Assembly: GCA_030586555.1 (NCBI GenBank)
Contig: JAURAC010000011.1
Location: 1-64,000 of the forward strand
Direction of reading: 5' to 3'
DNA length: 64,000 nucleotides
Source of the DNA: Candidatus Subterrananammoxibius californiae
GTDB lineage: Bacteria; Planctomycetota; Brocadiia; Brocadiales; Subterrananammoxibiaceae
The translations under genes and the position numbers were made by a program. The notes under the pieces were generated by a model, which was not told where the DNA came from, searched no databases, and saw only the letters and a program-made list of their open reading frames with translations. This document shows positions 47,437 to 58,251 of the stretch, in pieces; positions within the stretch are counted from its first letter, which is position 1, and every line of letters begins with the position of its first letter.

Positions 47437-48153
47437 TTACTGCATATCCAATTCCCCGGTTTTTGGTAAATCTTTAATTGATTTCAATCCAAACTGTTCG
47501 AGGAAATTTTTGGTTGTTCCATAAAGGAGGGGACGTCCAAGGACTTCCTCACGACCAACAATCCTTACAAGTTTCTTTTCTACCAGGGTTCTTATCATCT
47601 GTCCAGATTGAACACCCCGAATAGCCTCGATATTTGCACGGGTTATAGGTTGCTTATATGCAACAATTGCGAGCGTTTCGAGCGCTGCCTGAGAGAGCTT
47701 GTTATCCCCTGATTTCTTCCACAGTTTTGCTACCCAATCGTAGTATTCAACCCTTGTAAGTATCTGGAAACCATCTGCAATATCTTCTATCTGGAATGCC
47801 CTATTCTGGCTATCGTACTCATGACGGAGCAAATCAATTGTTTCTCGAATCTGCTTGGCATCGGCATTTCCAATTATCTCACACAATTTTCTAATAGAAA
47901 CTGGTTCATTTGCCGCAAAAAGAATTGCTTCTACGATTGACTTAACATCCCTTTGCTGCGACCCATCCACTGGATGAGTGACCTGAGGAAGCGATGGTTT
48001 TGCCTGCTCTTCCTTTACATCTAAGATTGGGGTAGTCTTATCCAACGCTGCTATTGCCGAATTCGTTACCACTACCTCTGGTTCAGAAACCACTACTGCA
48101 CTACTTTCAGAGACGTCAATGCTGTCTTCCTGTAGTATCTTAGTGTCTGCCAT
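47437..48153 (-). CDS. scpB: SMC-Scp complex subunit ScpB
   Basis: LSQAALETLAIVAYKQPITRA..EAIRGV and GRPLLYGTT motifs. Confidence 0.93.
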   Translation of the reverse strand: MADTKILQEDSIDVSESSAVVVSEPEVVVTNSAIAALDKTTPILDVKEEQAKPSLPQVTHPVDGSQQRDVKSIVEAILFAANEPVSIRKLCEIIGNADAKQIRETIDLLRHEYDSQNRAFQIEDIADGFQILTRVEYYDWVAKLWKKSGDNKLSQAALETLAIVAYKQPITRANIEAIRGVQSGQMIRTLVEKKLVRIVGREEVLGRPLLYGTTKNFLEQFGLKSIKDLPKTGELDMQ

Positions 48154-48173
48154 TTTACACCTCACTTAAAAAA

Positions 48174-48872
48174 TTATTTTAGAACCGGTAGGGGTGTTAA
48201 ATTTAACGCCCCTACTTCCTTTTTATTGGGCACAATAAATTGTACCCACACATGGTTCTTAATCTTTTCTACAGCATTTTCAACTGCTTTTACAACTGCC
48301 TTTGTAGTAACGGTAGCGCCAGTGATTGCAGAAATCCTTTCAGGGTCTTTTTCTCGTACAACTACGAGTTGGTTTAAGAGTTTTCCCTTAAACTGTTCCT
48401 GAAACCACGGAACCAACGCTTCCTCGCTTGTCTCTATTTCATTTTTACCAAATAGCACCTTCCAGATGGTTCTGGTTGTGGCTACCTCAATTACCTTTGT
48501 ACCGAGACCAGGAGTTTCGTTCTGAGAAAGAATGCATATTCCAAGCACCTTATTAGTAGAGGGATCAACCCCTACCATTACCTTGAGCTTGCTTGAGTAA
48601 CCCTGTGCCTCACCCATTGCTGCGTAGCCGATAAGCTCATTGTCCTTTCCATTTCCCTTAAACACCTTGTCAGGTATAGGGGTACTTATTGGTGTTACCT
48701 CTACAGGGCCTCCATTTAGACCGGGTAAAACTGCACTCAACGCCTTCTGGCGTTTCTCATCTTCACGCCGTTGAATCTTGCCCTTCGTCAGGACGAACGT
48801 AGAACCGAGACCTGCTGCAGCACAAACGCAGATAACCATAAGCACTACTGTATATTGAACCTTCTTGTTCAT
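48174..48872 (-). CDS. rnfG: Rnf complex subunit G
   Basis: GYSS, ETPGLG and AITGATVTT (FMN-binding Thr) motifs. Confidence 0.88.
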   Translation of the reverse strand: MNKKVQYTVVLMVICVCAAAGLGSTFVLTKGKIQRREDEKRQKALSAVLPGLNGGPVEVTPISTPIPDKVFKGNGKDNELIGYAAMGEAQGYSSKLKVMVGVDPSTNKVLGICILSQNETPGLGTKVIEVATTRTIWKVLFGKNEIETSEEALVPWFQEQFKGKLLNQLVVVREKDPERISAITGATVTTKAVVKAVENAVEKIKNHVWVQFIVPNKKEVGALNLTPLPVLK

Positions 48873-49882
48873 CCTTGTTCATTTCTTTTATACGTTTTTT
48901 CAAACGACGTTCCGTATAGCCTGGGCTTTGCCCACCTGTCAATTAAGGGGGTTGCGGTATTCATTAATAGTATTGCATAACAGACCCCTTCAGGATAGCC
49001 TGTGTAAAACCTTATCAATGTGGTTAAGATGCCAGCGCCAACGGCAAAAGCAATAAGCCCCTTCTTTGTCAGTGGTGTGGTAACCATATCTGTTGCCATA
49101 AAGAACGCCCCTATCATTAAACCACCCGCCAGGATGTGATAAATGGGGTCTTTTGCCCAGACGGTAGAAATCTTTGCAGGTAATACCAATACCATAACAA
49201 ACACAGTACCTATAAAGAAGGCAGGCACTCTCCAATCTACATATCCCTTATAAATCAAATAAATCCCACCTATAAGTAAGGCAAATACAGATGTTTCCCC
49301 TATACACCCACCGACATTACCAAAAAACAAACTTGCGTAGCTGTAAACACTACCGCCAGCCTCCTTAAATAACGGGGTAGCAGTTGTCACGGCATCAACC
49401 CTTATATTATGGAGGAGACCTATGCCGTATCCCCCCGCAAGCTTCCAGCCAGTATTAATACTGGCTGGATAAGCCACCTGAAGGAATGCCCTCGCTGCAA
49501 GCGCCGGATTCCAGATGTTATTCCCTAAGCCGCCGAAGGTGTGCTTAGCTATGGCTATAGCAAAAAATGCGCCAACCATAGGCACATACCACGGCACTGT
49601 TGGTGGAAGCACGTAAGCAAGAAGCAAACCTGCCACGACCGCACTTCCATCGCTAATAGTAACTTCTTGCCCTCTAAGTACTTGAATAATCGCCTCCGTA
49701 ATTATCGCCGTGCCAACGCTAATTACAATAACAAAGAGACAGTAGTAGCCAAAGACAATTAGCCCTGCAATACCAGCAGGGATAAGTGCAAGGTTTACAT
49801 GCCACATGATTGTAGAAATGTCTTCTTCGGCATATATGTGGGGAGACGTGCTTACAACCAGTCTATTTTCAATATCGGCCAT
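48869..49882 (-). CDS. rnfD: Rnf complex subunit D
   Basis: SPH, FGGLG.NIWNPA, DAVTTATPL, GCIGETS and FFMATD motifs. Confidence 0.92.
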   Translation of the reverse strand: MADIENRLVVSTSPHIYAEEDISTIMWHVNLALIPAGIAGLIVFGYYCLFVIVISVGTAIITEAIIQVLRGQEVTISDGSAVVAGLLLAYVLPPTVPWYVPMVGAFFAIAIAKHTFGGLGNNIWNPALAARAFLQVAYPASINTGWKLAGGYGIGLLHNIRVDAVTTATPLFKEAGGSVYSYASLFFGNVGGCIGETSVFALLIGGIYLIYKGYVDWRVPAFFIGTVFVMVLVLPAKISTVWAKDPIYHILAGGLMIGAFFMATDMVTTPLTKKGLIAFAVGAGILTTLIRFYTGYPEGVCYAILLMNTATPLIDRWAKPRLYGTSFEKTYKRNEQG

Positions 49883-49916
49883 GTTTTCCCTTCACTCAAT
49901 CTTCGACCTACATTTT

Positions 49917-51299
49917 TTATCCTTGCTTTACCGCTCCGCTTAAGGCGGATGCCTTTCGCTTTGCAAGTTCTGACTTTGTAAACTTTATTAAATGAACAAT
50001 GGGTCTTCTTGAAGGGCATACAAAGCTGCAACACCCGCACTCTTTGCACTCAAGAATATTTGCCTGCATTGAGGCATCAAAAGCCTTTGCCTCACCCATT
50101 ATGCTAAGTTCACTTGGGTTAAGGCCATAAGGACACGCCAGAATACACCTTCCACAACGTATGCACTGACGTGATGCCCACACCCTGGCATCTTTTAGCA
50201 CAAGTATGCCACTCGTTCCCTTTAACACCACTGCTTCATCAGTATTCTCCTGAGCAATCCCCATCATGGGTCCGCCAAAGATAACTTTATTTGCCTCAGG
50301 AAGCATCCCGGCACGTTCAAGCAACGGCTTAACAGGGGAACCAATTCGAACCAGCAGGTTCATTGGCTTTTGCACACCGTTGCCTGTTATAGAGATAACC
50401 CGTTCAACCAATGGTCTCTTAAACTTGACTGCTTCATAGACTGCCAGGATAGTTCCCACATTGTGAACAATGCATCCAACTTCCATAGGCAACTGCGTTG
50501 GCCTGAACTCACGCCCTAATAAAGCCTTAATTAGCTGATGCTCTGCCCCTTGAGGATACTTAACCTCCAGCATCTCTATGCTGATATTAGGCTCGCCACT
50601 CGAAGCCTTTTTCATTAATTCGTAAGCATCCGGTTTATTAGCTTCTATTCCAATATAAGCATTTTTGCACCCGACAGAGTTCATTATAAACTTCAGCCCC
50701 TGAATCAGCTCATTTGGTTTCTCCATCATGAGGCGATAATCGCAGGTAAGATATGGTTCGCATTCTGCGCCATTAAGTATAACTGTATCAATGGGCTTAT
50801 CCTTCGGAGGGCTAAGTTTGACGTGTGTGGGGAAGGTGGCGCCACCAAGGCCAACTATTCCAGCTGCCTCGATTCGTGTCTTTATTTCATGTGGTGTTAA
50901 CGTATCGGTATTTGAGGTTTCATTTGTACCATCAGCCCAAACGTCCTCGCCTTGTCTCTCAATAATTACCGCAGTTACTCTGGCTCCTGTAATTGGATTG
51001 GGTTTTGTCTGGATGTCAACTACCTTGCCGCATATTGAGGCGTGGGCATTGATGGAGACATAACCCTGTGCCCGCCCGACTATTTGACCCTTTTTTACAA
51101 GGTCACCCTTTGATACCGCTGGCTTGCAAGGCGCACCTACATGCTGACTCATTAATATGGAAGCTACATCTGGCAGTGGCGCTACTTCTATCGGTTTATC
51201 CTTAGAAAGTTCCTTCCAATCCTCAGCAAGACAAATACCGCCGGTAAAGGTCTTCAATCTTTTTTTATTTGACCATTGCAGTAGCATTGCAAAAGGCAT
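49917..51299 (-). CDS. rnfC: Rnf complex subunit C
   Basis: QHVGAP, GLGGATFPT, NGAECEPYLT; two ferredoxin motifs; start uncertain. Confidence 0.92.
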   Translation of the reverse strand: MPFAMLLQWSNKKRLKTFTGGICLAEDWKELSKDKPIEVAPLPDVASILMSQHVGAPCKPAVSKGDLVKKGQIVGRAQGYVSINAHASICGKVVDIQTKPNPITGARVTAVIIERQGEDVWADGTNETSNTDTLTPHEIKTRIEAAGIVGLGGATFPTHVKLSPPKDKPIDTVILNGAECEPYLTCDYRLMMEKPNELIQGLKFIMNSVGCKNAYIGIEANKPDAYELMKKASSGEPNISIEMLEVKYPQGAEHQLIKALLGREFRPTQLPMEVGCIVHNVGTILAVYEAVKFKRPLVERVISITGNGVQKPMNLLVRIGSPVKPLLERAGMLPEANKVIFGGPMMGIAQENTDEAVVLKGTSGILVLKDARVWASRQCIRCGRCILACPYGLNPSELSIMGEAKAFDASMQANILECKECGCCSFVCPSRRPIVHLIKFTKSELAKRKASALSGAVKQG

Positions 51300-51413
51300 G
51301 CTATTATTGTAACATGCGAGTTTGCTTGCAATACGTTAAAAGCAAGCTTAAAAAGCAATATTGAAATAGCGTGAGAGTATCTCCCACGTGATTTTGTTAT
51401 CTATGGATTTATT

Positions 51414-52625
51414 CTATACAAGTTGTTTTGCAAGTGGTTGACGTAAAGCCCTGTCTATCTGCCTGACTGCTTGCTTAAGGCGCAATTCATTTTCAACAAT
51501 AGCAAGCCTCAAGTATCCTTCACCATTTTCACCAAATGCACTGCCAGGGGCAACGGCAACCTCAGCCTCTTCAATAAGTTTGAGGGCAAATTCAAATGAG
51601 CCCATTGAGCGAAACCTCTCAGGTATAGGGGCCCAAACAAACATCGAAGCCCTCGGCTTTTTAACGTCCCAACCTATACGATTCAGGCTGTCACACAGAA
51701 CATCCCTTCGACTTTGATAAATCTTTGCCTGCTTCTCCGCATATTCCTGGCAATGCCTGAGGGCAATAATAGAGGCAATTTGAACGGGCTGAAAGATTCC
51801 GTAATCGTAGTATCCCTTAACCTTAGCAAGCGCCTCAACTACCTGCCTGTTGCCCACGCAGAAACCGAGTCTCCACCCTGCCATATTGAAGGTCTTTGAC
51901 ATGGTGTTAAACTCCACACCCACCTCTTTTGCCCCTTTTACTTGCAAGAAGCTTGGAGCCTTATAGCCATCGAACAAGATGCTTGAATAAGCGAAATCAT
52001 GAACAACTATGATGTTATACTTCCTGGCAAAGGCTACAACGCCCTCAAAGAAATCAAGGTCCACAGTAGCGGCTGTGGGATTGTGAGGGAAGTTTATTAT
52101 TAATACCTTCGGCCGCGGGAATATATTTCTCGCAACGTCTTCAAACCCGGCAAGAAGCTCCTTTGGCTCCGTAAGCGGCACACTTATAACATTTGCCCCA
52201 GCAATGGCAACGCTGTGAATATGGATGGGAAAAGCAGGATTGGGCACCAGAGCAGTATCGCCACCTTCTAATAAACCGAGGCAGAGATGAGAAAAGCCCT
52301 CTTTGGAGCCAATTGTACAGACGACTTCAGTCTCCGGGTCGAGTTCTACGCCCCATTGCTGCTGGTAATATTTTGCCACCTCCCTTCGGAGGTTAAATAT
52401 GCCTATAGCAGATACGCTGTAACGATGGTTTCTTGGGTCTTGAACTGCTTCACACAATTTGTCAATGATTGGCTTGGGTGTGGGGTCGTTGGGATTTCCC
52501 ATGCCAAGGTCAATTATGTCAATGCCTTTACGTCTTTTTTCATATTTCAGGGCATTAAGCCTGCCAAACAAATATGGTGGCAAGCGTTTAACCCGTGTTG
52601 CAACATTTATTGTAAATTCACCCAT
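51414..52625 (-). CDS. Class I/II PLP aminotransferase (AlaC/LL-DAP type)
   Basis: LPPYLF, DLGMGNP, NFPHNPT and SKTFNMAGWR motifs. Confidence 0.88.
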   Translation of the reverse strand: MGEFTINVATRVKRLPPYLFGRLNALKYEKRRKGIDIIDLGMGNPNDPTPKPIIDKLCEAVQDPRNHRYSVSAIGIFNLRREVAKYYQQQWGVELDPETEVVCTIGSKEGFSHLCLGLLEGGDTALVPNPAFPIHIHSVAIAGANVISVPLTEPKELLAGFEDVARNIFPRPKVLIINFPHNPTAATVDLDFFEGVVAFARKYNIIVVHDFAYSSILFDGYKAPSFLQVKGAKEVGVEFNTMSKTFNMAGWRLGFCVGNRQVVEALAKVKGYYDYGIFQPVQIASIIALRHCQEYAEKQAKIYQSRRDVLCDSLNRIGWDVKKPRASMFVWAPIPERFRSMGSFEFALKLIEEAEVAVAPGSAFGENGEGYLRLAIVENELRLKQAVRQIDRALRQPLAKQLV

Positions 52626-52660
52626 AACAAAAATGACTCTATCGAGTCACGACTCGCGAC

Positions 52661-53632
52661 TCACTTCTTGACTCCAGACTCTTGACTCGTAGACTCCAGA
52701 CTCTTTTTAATATCGGCGCTCTCTTCAAGGGCAATTAACCACGATGGCGCTTTCTGTCTAACCAACCGTTCCCTGGCAAGTTTTTCCAGTTCCAACTTGA
52801 CATCCTCAAATTTCACATCTCTTTTGGGTTTTCTATCAATAATCTTCACTATATGATAACCACCATCTGTCTTAATGAGGTCGCTTACCCCCCCTTTTGG
52901 CAATGAAGCAACAGCTTGCCCAATTGTACCAGTCGGGCTAAAGGGAAGCATCCTTCCTCCCCTTGCGGCAGAGTTTCGGTCAATGGATTCATTTCTGGCT
53001 AATGTTTCAAAATCGGCGCCAGTTTTTATCTTCTTCAGTATTTCTTCCCCATCCTTTTTTGACTTTACAACTATCTGGCACGCTTCAATCTTTTCCCCGT
53101 ATTCTTCTTCGTATGCATCACGAAGGTCTTCCTCGGTAATAGTTATCGTCTGGCTGACAATCTTCTCACCCAGTAGTTGAACTTCTATCTCTTTACGTAC
53201 CCGTCCGGCAATCCTCTCTCGAAGCTGTTTTACGGTTCCGCCTATCTTTTTAATCTCCTTTTCAAGTTCTTCCTCACTGCTCAGTCCGCTTCCCTTTATG
53301 TATCTTTCGATCTCCGAATCAACAACCTTCTGTACCCTTTCCTCAAGTTCTTCTGAATGAAACTCAATTCCTAATTTCTTTGCCTCCTGATACACGAGGG
53401 TCCTTCTAATCATAATATCAAGGGCTTCCTCGCCAAACCGTTCTATAAGAAAGTTGCCAAGGGCTGTTCTGGTTATCTCCTGACCATTAACTACTGCAAC
53501 CACTTCACCTGAATTCGCTTTGGCTTCGCCTTGCACCGATGTGGTCTCTTCACCATAGATTGTTACATTTGAGGAAAAAAGCACATACAAAGGGAGCATT
53601 ATTCCTAAAAATGTTTTTAATAGTATTTTCAT
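52661..53632 (-). CDS. PpiC-type peptidyl-prolyl isomerase / foldase
   Basis: Signal peptide, VAVVNG, GADFE.LA..S.D..SA.RGG, GYHIVK. Confidence 0.85.
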   Translation of the reverse strand: MKILLKTFLGIMLPLYVLFSSNVTIYGEETTSVQGEAKANSGEVVAVVNGQEITRTALGNFLIERFGEEALDIMIRRTLVYQEAKKLGIEFHSEELEERVQKVVDSEIERYIKGSGLSSEEELEKEIKKIGGTVKQLRERIAGRVRKEIEVQLLGEKIVSQTITITEEDLRDAYEEEYGEKIEACQIVVKSKKDGEEILKKIKTGADFETLARNESIDRNSAARGGRMLPFSPTGTIGQAVASLPKGGVSDLIKTDGGYHIVKIIDRKPKRDVKFEDVKLELEKLARERLVRQKAPSWLIALEESADIKKSLESTSQESGVKK

Positions 53633-53898
53633 AACTTAATTATTAAATACTCCATTTTATAGAAAAAAGCCTGTCTCGTGAAAATAAAAGCCCAAGACAC
53701 TTTTTTTATACCATAAACGAAAGGATTGTCAAGCGAAATAGTATTTGACAATAAATTATCTACGTTGTTAAATACAACGTAGGTGATATATTTACGATTT
53801 GTAGGGTCACACGGTCCGCCTGAGTCGGATTTGTCCGTGTATAGAATGAATCAGGATTTTATTCTTTAATAATAAATGTTTATATCGAAAGGGGGCTT

Positions 53899-54909
53899 AT
53901 GATACAGCGTAAAGGGATAAGCATTCAGCGGCAGATTGTTGAACAAGAAAGGCAGTTTCCGAAGGCAAGCGGCAGTCTCACCGGTCTGCTCATGGATTTA
54001 ACCTATGCCGCAAAGGTAATTTCCCGGGAGGTAACCAAGGCAGGGTTAGTTAATATACTTGGTTTAACAGGGAGTGAAAATATCAGTGGGGATGAGGTTA
54101 AAAAGTTAGATGTATATGCACACGACAAGCTGTATACCGCAATGAGCCACGGGGGGCATCTATGCATCATGGCATCTGAAGAGACGCCTGATTTAATCCC
54201 CATCCCTGAACAATATCCAAAGGGGAAGTACGTACTACTCTTTGACCCGCTTGACGGGTCATCCAACATTGATGCAAATGTAAGCATTGGAACCATATTT
54301 TCCATCCATAGAAAGAAATCACCCGGCACAAATGGCACATTAGAGGATTGTCTCCAGAAGGGCACAGAACAGGTAGCCGCTGGATATATAGTTTATGGCT
54401 CAAGCACCATGCTTGTTTACACTACCAGGCAGGGCGTGCATGGTTTTACGCTTGACCCAAGCGTGGGGGAATTCCTTCTTTCACATGAAGATATAAAGAT
54501 GCCTGCTAAAGGGAAGATATATAGCATTAACGAAGGAAATGCCCATTTCTGGGACGAAGGCACCAGGAAGTATGTTGATTATCTAAAGGACAAAGACCCC
54601 GCTACCGATAGACCATATTCGCTCCGTTATATTGGCTCGCTTGTAGCCGACTTCCACAGAACGCTTCTTTATGGAGGCATATTCCTTTATCCAGCCGATT
54701 ATAAAGACCCAAAGAAGCCCAAGGGAAAACTCCGCTTATTATATGAGGCTGCCCCGCTTGCCCTTGTCTGTGAGCAGGCTGGCGGATTAGCCACTACAGG
54801 CAGGGAAAGGATACTCGATTTACAGCCCACAGAACTCCACCAGAAGGTCCCGCTCATTATGGGCAGTAAGGAAGACGTGCTAACGTATCAGAAATTTTTT
54901 AGAGGTTAA
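53899..54909 (+). CDS. fbp: Class 1 fructose-1,6-bisphosphatase
   Basis: [29 protein letters not shown] and GKLRLLYE motifs. Confidence 0.96.
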   Translation: MIQRKGISIQRQIVEQERQFPKASGSLTGLLMDLTYAAKVISREVTKAGLVNILGLTGSENISGDEVKKLDVYAHDKLYTAMSHGGHLCIMASEETPDLIPIPEQYPKGKYVLLFDPLDGSSNIDANVSIGTIFSIHRKKSPGTNGTLEDCLQKGTEQVAAGYIVYGSSTMLVYTTRQGVHGFTLDPSVGEFLLSHEDIKMPAKGKIYSINEGNAHFWDEGTRKYVDYLKDKDPATDRPYSLRYIGSLVADFHRTLLYGGIFLYPADYKDPKKPKGKLRLLYEAAPLALVCEQAGGLATTGRERILDLQPTELHQKVPLIMGSKEDVLTYQKFFRG

Positions 54910-54978
54910 AAGATTTGAATGGGTTCAAATATGCTGGGAACATTAAATGACAACCTATTAGTTTAAAGAGATTTTATT

Positions 54979-55893
54979 ATGGAAAATCGCGACTTAGCCA
55001 TTCCGCTATACCTTGATACTAACACATTGCTGGACTTACTCGCTTCAATCGAAGGTGGTTTCAGCATGGTTGAAAAAATAACAACACGTTCTGCTGATTC
55101 CAAAACTACAGAGTTGTCAGGAGGAACTGAGTTCGGTATAGCGAATGTTTTTAATATTTTGAAAATAAACCTTAAAGGTTCAGGAACAAAAACAAAGGAC
55201 CAGCAATTAGGAGAAGAACGCGAAGTACAACGTTATCATACATATGGTTCTTTACTGAATCGTTTGAGAACAAACCTTATGGAAGCAGAATTAGTTAAAA
55301 AGATCGTAGATGATAAGGCTTGGGAGAAGGTTAATACATCAGAGTTCGTTGAGGTTCGAGGAAAGTTTGTGCCTAATCCATTACGTGTTTCGTTACAGAT
55401 TATAAACCGTTTACTTGGCATGATTTTACCTTTTCGTAGCTTTGATCTCACTTCTGAGGGTAAGGCGCACCAACCACAAAAGAAAGCTAAACAGGAAATT
55501 CAACAAATTCAAAACATGCAAAAGATTTTTGAAGGTATTATTAAGAATTTTGAACATGAGAGTATCTATACTTACCTCGTTGAATTGACAGCATTGCCAG
55601 GGCATAGAACGGTAGTTTATCTTTTTACGGAATATCTTCGTGACCGTTCGAATACTGAGTTACCCTATAGCGAATTTCGAGTACTCGGTAAGGTTGTAAA
55701 GAAAATAACAGAAAAAGATGATTCGATTGACTTGCTTCGAGGCTCTGCACTTTCTGGTGTTAGCGAAGAAATTCTTTCCCCGTTATTAGACGCACTGCGG
55801 CAAGTTGGCGAGCAAGGTATCAAAATTCCTAACCTTGTTACAAAAGTTGAAGCACCAGCAATTCAAATTATTCCGATTGCTGTCTATGTTTAA
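54979..55893 (+). CDS. Hypothetical protein (DUF6414-like)
   Basis: PLYLD...LASIEGG N-terminus, VLGKV, C-terminal PIAVYV. Confidence 0.6.
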   Translation: MENRDLAIPLYLDTNTLLDLLASIEGGFSMVEKITTRSADSKTTELSGGTEFGIANVFNILKINLKGSGTKTKDQQLGEEREVQRYHTYGSLLNRLRTNLMEAELVKKIVDDKAWEKVNTSEFVEVRGKFVPNPLRVSLQIINRLLGMILPFRSFDLTSEGKAHQPQKKAKQEIQQIQNMQKIFEGIIKNFEHESIYTYLVELTALPGHRTVVYLFTEYLRDRSNTELPYSEFRVLGKVVKKITEKDDSIDLLRGSALSGVSEEILSPLLDALRQVGEQGIKIPNLVTKVEAPAIQIIPIAVYV

Positions 55894-55971
55894 TGATACG
55901 ATGTAGGGCCAACAGTAGGCTAACGAGAATGTAGTAAAAGCATTAAAATGTGTTTTAACAAGGAGGAAAAG

Positions 55972-56178
55972 ATGAGTGTTGTTAAGGAACAGGTTATTGA
56001 GCTAATAAAATCACTTCCCGATGATTGTACACTTGAAGACATTCAGTATCATCTTTATGTGCGTGAGAAGGTTGAACGGGGTATACGCGCTATTGATGAG
56101 GGTCGTTTGGTCTCACAGGAAGAAGTTGAAAAAAAGGTCAAAGAGTGGCTAAAGTTATCTGGACAGAACCAGCGCTAA
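55972..56178 (+). CDS. Putative antitoxin
   Basis: LPDDCTLEDIQYHLYV..K.E.G; overlaps the RelE/ParE gene. Confidence 0.7.
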   Translation: MSVVKEQVIELIKSLPDDCTLEDIQYHLYVREKVERGIRAIDEGRLVSQEEVEKKVKEWLKLSGQNQR

Positions 56179-56459
56179 AAGATCTTCACGATGTCATAGA
56201 GCATATTGCTGAAGATTCTCAAATTTATGCCGAAAGATTTGGTATCCGTGTAGTCGAAGCTCCGAGGCGCTTGGTGCAGTTTCCTTATTGTGGTCGTGTA
56301 GTTCCTGAATTTAAGGACGAGAATATTCGAGAACTAATCTATGGTTCTTATCGGATTATATATTTGATTCGGCAAGATGTATGTTATATTACAGCAATAA
56401 TTCATGGAAGTCGGGATATTTTACGCCATTTAAAACCCGGGGATTGGGACGTATCATAA
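56145..56459 (+). CDS. RelE/ParE-family toxin
   Basis: WTEPA..DL, FP..GRVVPE, RELIYGSYRIIY and HGSR motifs. Confidence 0.88.
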   Translation: MAKVIWTEPALKDLHDVIEHIAEDSQIYAERFGIRVVEAPRRLVQFPYCGRVVPEFKDENIRELIYGSYRIIYLIRQDVCYITAIIHGSRDILRHLKPGDWDVS

Positions 56460-56486
56460 CAAGACTGTAAATAGGTTTGCATACAA

Positions 56487-57665
56487 ATGATATACCTTGA
56501 CAACGCTGCTACAACGTATCCTAAACCTGAATGCGTGTATGCAAAGATGGATGAGTTCTTCAGGAAGTGCGGGGCGAATCCTGGCAGGGCTGCTTATAAA
56601 ACAGCCGTTGATTCAGGTCGTGAGATGGAGCAGACCCGGCATATCCTCGCAAAGTTCTTCGGCGTAAAGGATATTAACCGAATCATCTTTACGTTTAATG
56701 CTACAGATGCCTTGAATATTGGTATTAAAGGTTTGTTGAGGCAGGGCGACCACGTAATCACTACTTATCTTGAACACAATTCCGTCTCTCGACCGCTGCA
56801 AGGGCTGGAAGAAAAGGGTGTAATTTCAGTGGCAAGAATTGAGCGGCAAAATGGTTCCTCCATTGATGCCGATGCGATAAAAAAAGCAATCACACCAAAA
56901 ACAAAACTTGTTGTGCTCACACACGTCTCTAACGTCTTAGGTACGATTCAACCAATTGAGGAGATTGGCAGGCTCGTACGTGAAAAGGATTTGATATTCA
57001 TGGTAGATGCGGCACAGTCGTCAGGCGTTTGCCATATAGACGTTGAGAAGCAGTGTATAGATTTACTTGCATTTACGGGCCATAAAGGGCTTTTTGGTCC
57101 CCCTGGAACGGGAGGGCTATTCGTGGGGGAGCGTGTTAATCTGGCGCCATTTAGAGAGGGGGGCACGGGTGTTGACCCTGAGTCCTTTTCCCAACCCGAA
57201 GCATTTCCCCATAGGTTAGAAGGTGGAACGCCCAATTTTGTTGGAATCGTAGGTCTGCGGGCAGGTGTTGAGTTCGTTCTTAATGAAGGAATTGGTAAGA
57301 TTAGGAAGCACGAAGAAAGACTTGCAAAAAAAATTGTCGAAGCGCTTGAGGGTGATGAGAGATTTTCTCTCTATGGGATAATCTCCCCCTATCCCCCTTT
57401 AGCAAAGGGGGGAGCAGAAGGGGGGATTGAAAAGGTTGGCATTGTATCTTTGAATGTCAGGAACCTGTCACCTTCTGAGGTAGGAGCAATGCTGGATAGC
57501 TCATTTAACATAGCCGTTAGAACGGGCCTTCATTGCGCCCCGCTCGCCCACAAAAACATAGGGACTTTTCCTGATGGAACTGTTAGAATAAGCCCCGGGT
57601 ACTTTAATACAGACGATGAAATAGAAGAGGCGATTACTGCACTAAAGAAAATTGCTGGCACATAG
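56487..57665 (+). CDS. Cysteine desulfurase family (class V aminotransferase)
   Basis: YLDNAATTYPKP, EHNSV, GHKGL and RTGLHCAP motifs. Confidence 0.88.
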   Translation: MIYLDNAATTYPKPECVYAKMDEFFRKCGANPGRAAYKTAVDSGREMEQTRHILAKFFGVKDINRIIFTFNATDALNIGIKGLLRQGDHVITTYLEHNSVSRPLQGLEEKGVISVARIERQNGSSIDADAIKKAITPKTKLVVLTHVSNVLGTIQPIEEIGRLVREKDLIFMVDAAQSSGVCHIDVEKQCIDLLAFTGHKGLFGPPGTGGLFVGERVNLAPFREGGTGVDPESFSQPEAFPHRLEGGTPNFVGIVGLRAGVEFVLNEGIGKIRKHEERLAKKIVEALEGDERFSLYGIISPYPPLAKGGAEGGIEKVGIVSLNVRNLSPSEVGAMLDSSFNIAVRTGLHCAPLAHKNIGTFPDGTVRISPGYFNTDDEIEEAITALKKIAGT

Positions 57666-57728
57666 ATAACTATTTACACGGACAAACAAGTTTGTCCGTG
57701 CCACCCTTAATACGGAGGATATACAAAT

Positions 57729-58226
57729 ATGTCTCCCACAGAGGCTGAAAAGGAAGCTATAGCCTTAAACAAGATTTTGTGCCCTTACGATTTTTCAGAA
57801 AGTTCCAGTTATGCGCTGAAATATGCCGTTGAATTCGCTTCCGCTTATAAGGCAAAGCTATATTTGTTACACGTGTTCGACATTCGAGCGTACGATTACG
57901 GCGAGCCAGTTTATGGCATAAGTGTCCCAACTAAGGATGCTATAAATACAATCAGGACAGAACTTGCAAACAGTATTCCTGAAAAAGTTAAGAAAGAATT
58001 GTCCGCCTCAGGCGGATTAGAAGCAATAGTTGCTTCTGGCGTCCCTTTTTATGAGATTATTAAATTTGCTAATGACAATAAGATAGACCTTATTGTTATG
58101 GGCACGCATGGCAGGACGGGTCTTGCCCATATACTGTTAGGCAGTGTGGCTGAGAAGGTTGTCCGAAAGGCTTCGTGCCCGGTCTTAACGGTACGGCATC
58201 CGGGCCAGGAATTTGTAAAAATTTGA
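57729..58226 (+). CDS. Universal stress protein
   Basis: ILCPYDFS and DLIVMGTHGRTG....LGSVAEKVVR motifs. Confidence 0.92.
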   Translation: MSPTEAEKEAIALNKILCPYDFSESSSYALKYAVEFASAYKAKLYLLHVFDIRAYDYGEPVYGISVPTKDAINTIRTELANSIPEKVKKELSASGGLEAIVASGVPFYEIIKFANDNKIDLIVMGTHGRTGLAHILLGSVAEKVVRKASCPVLTVRHPGQEFVKI

Positions 58227-58251
58227 CAAAAAGGAAGGTATAAAAAAAACA

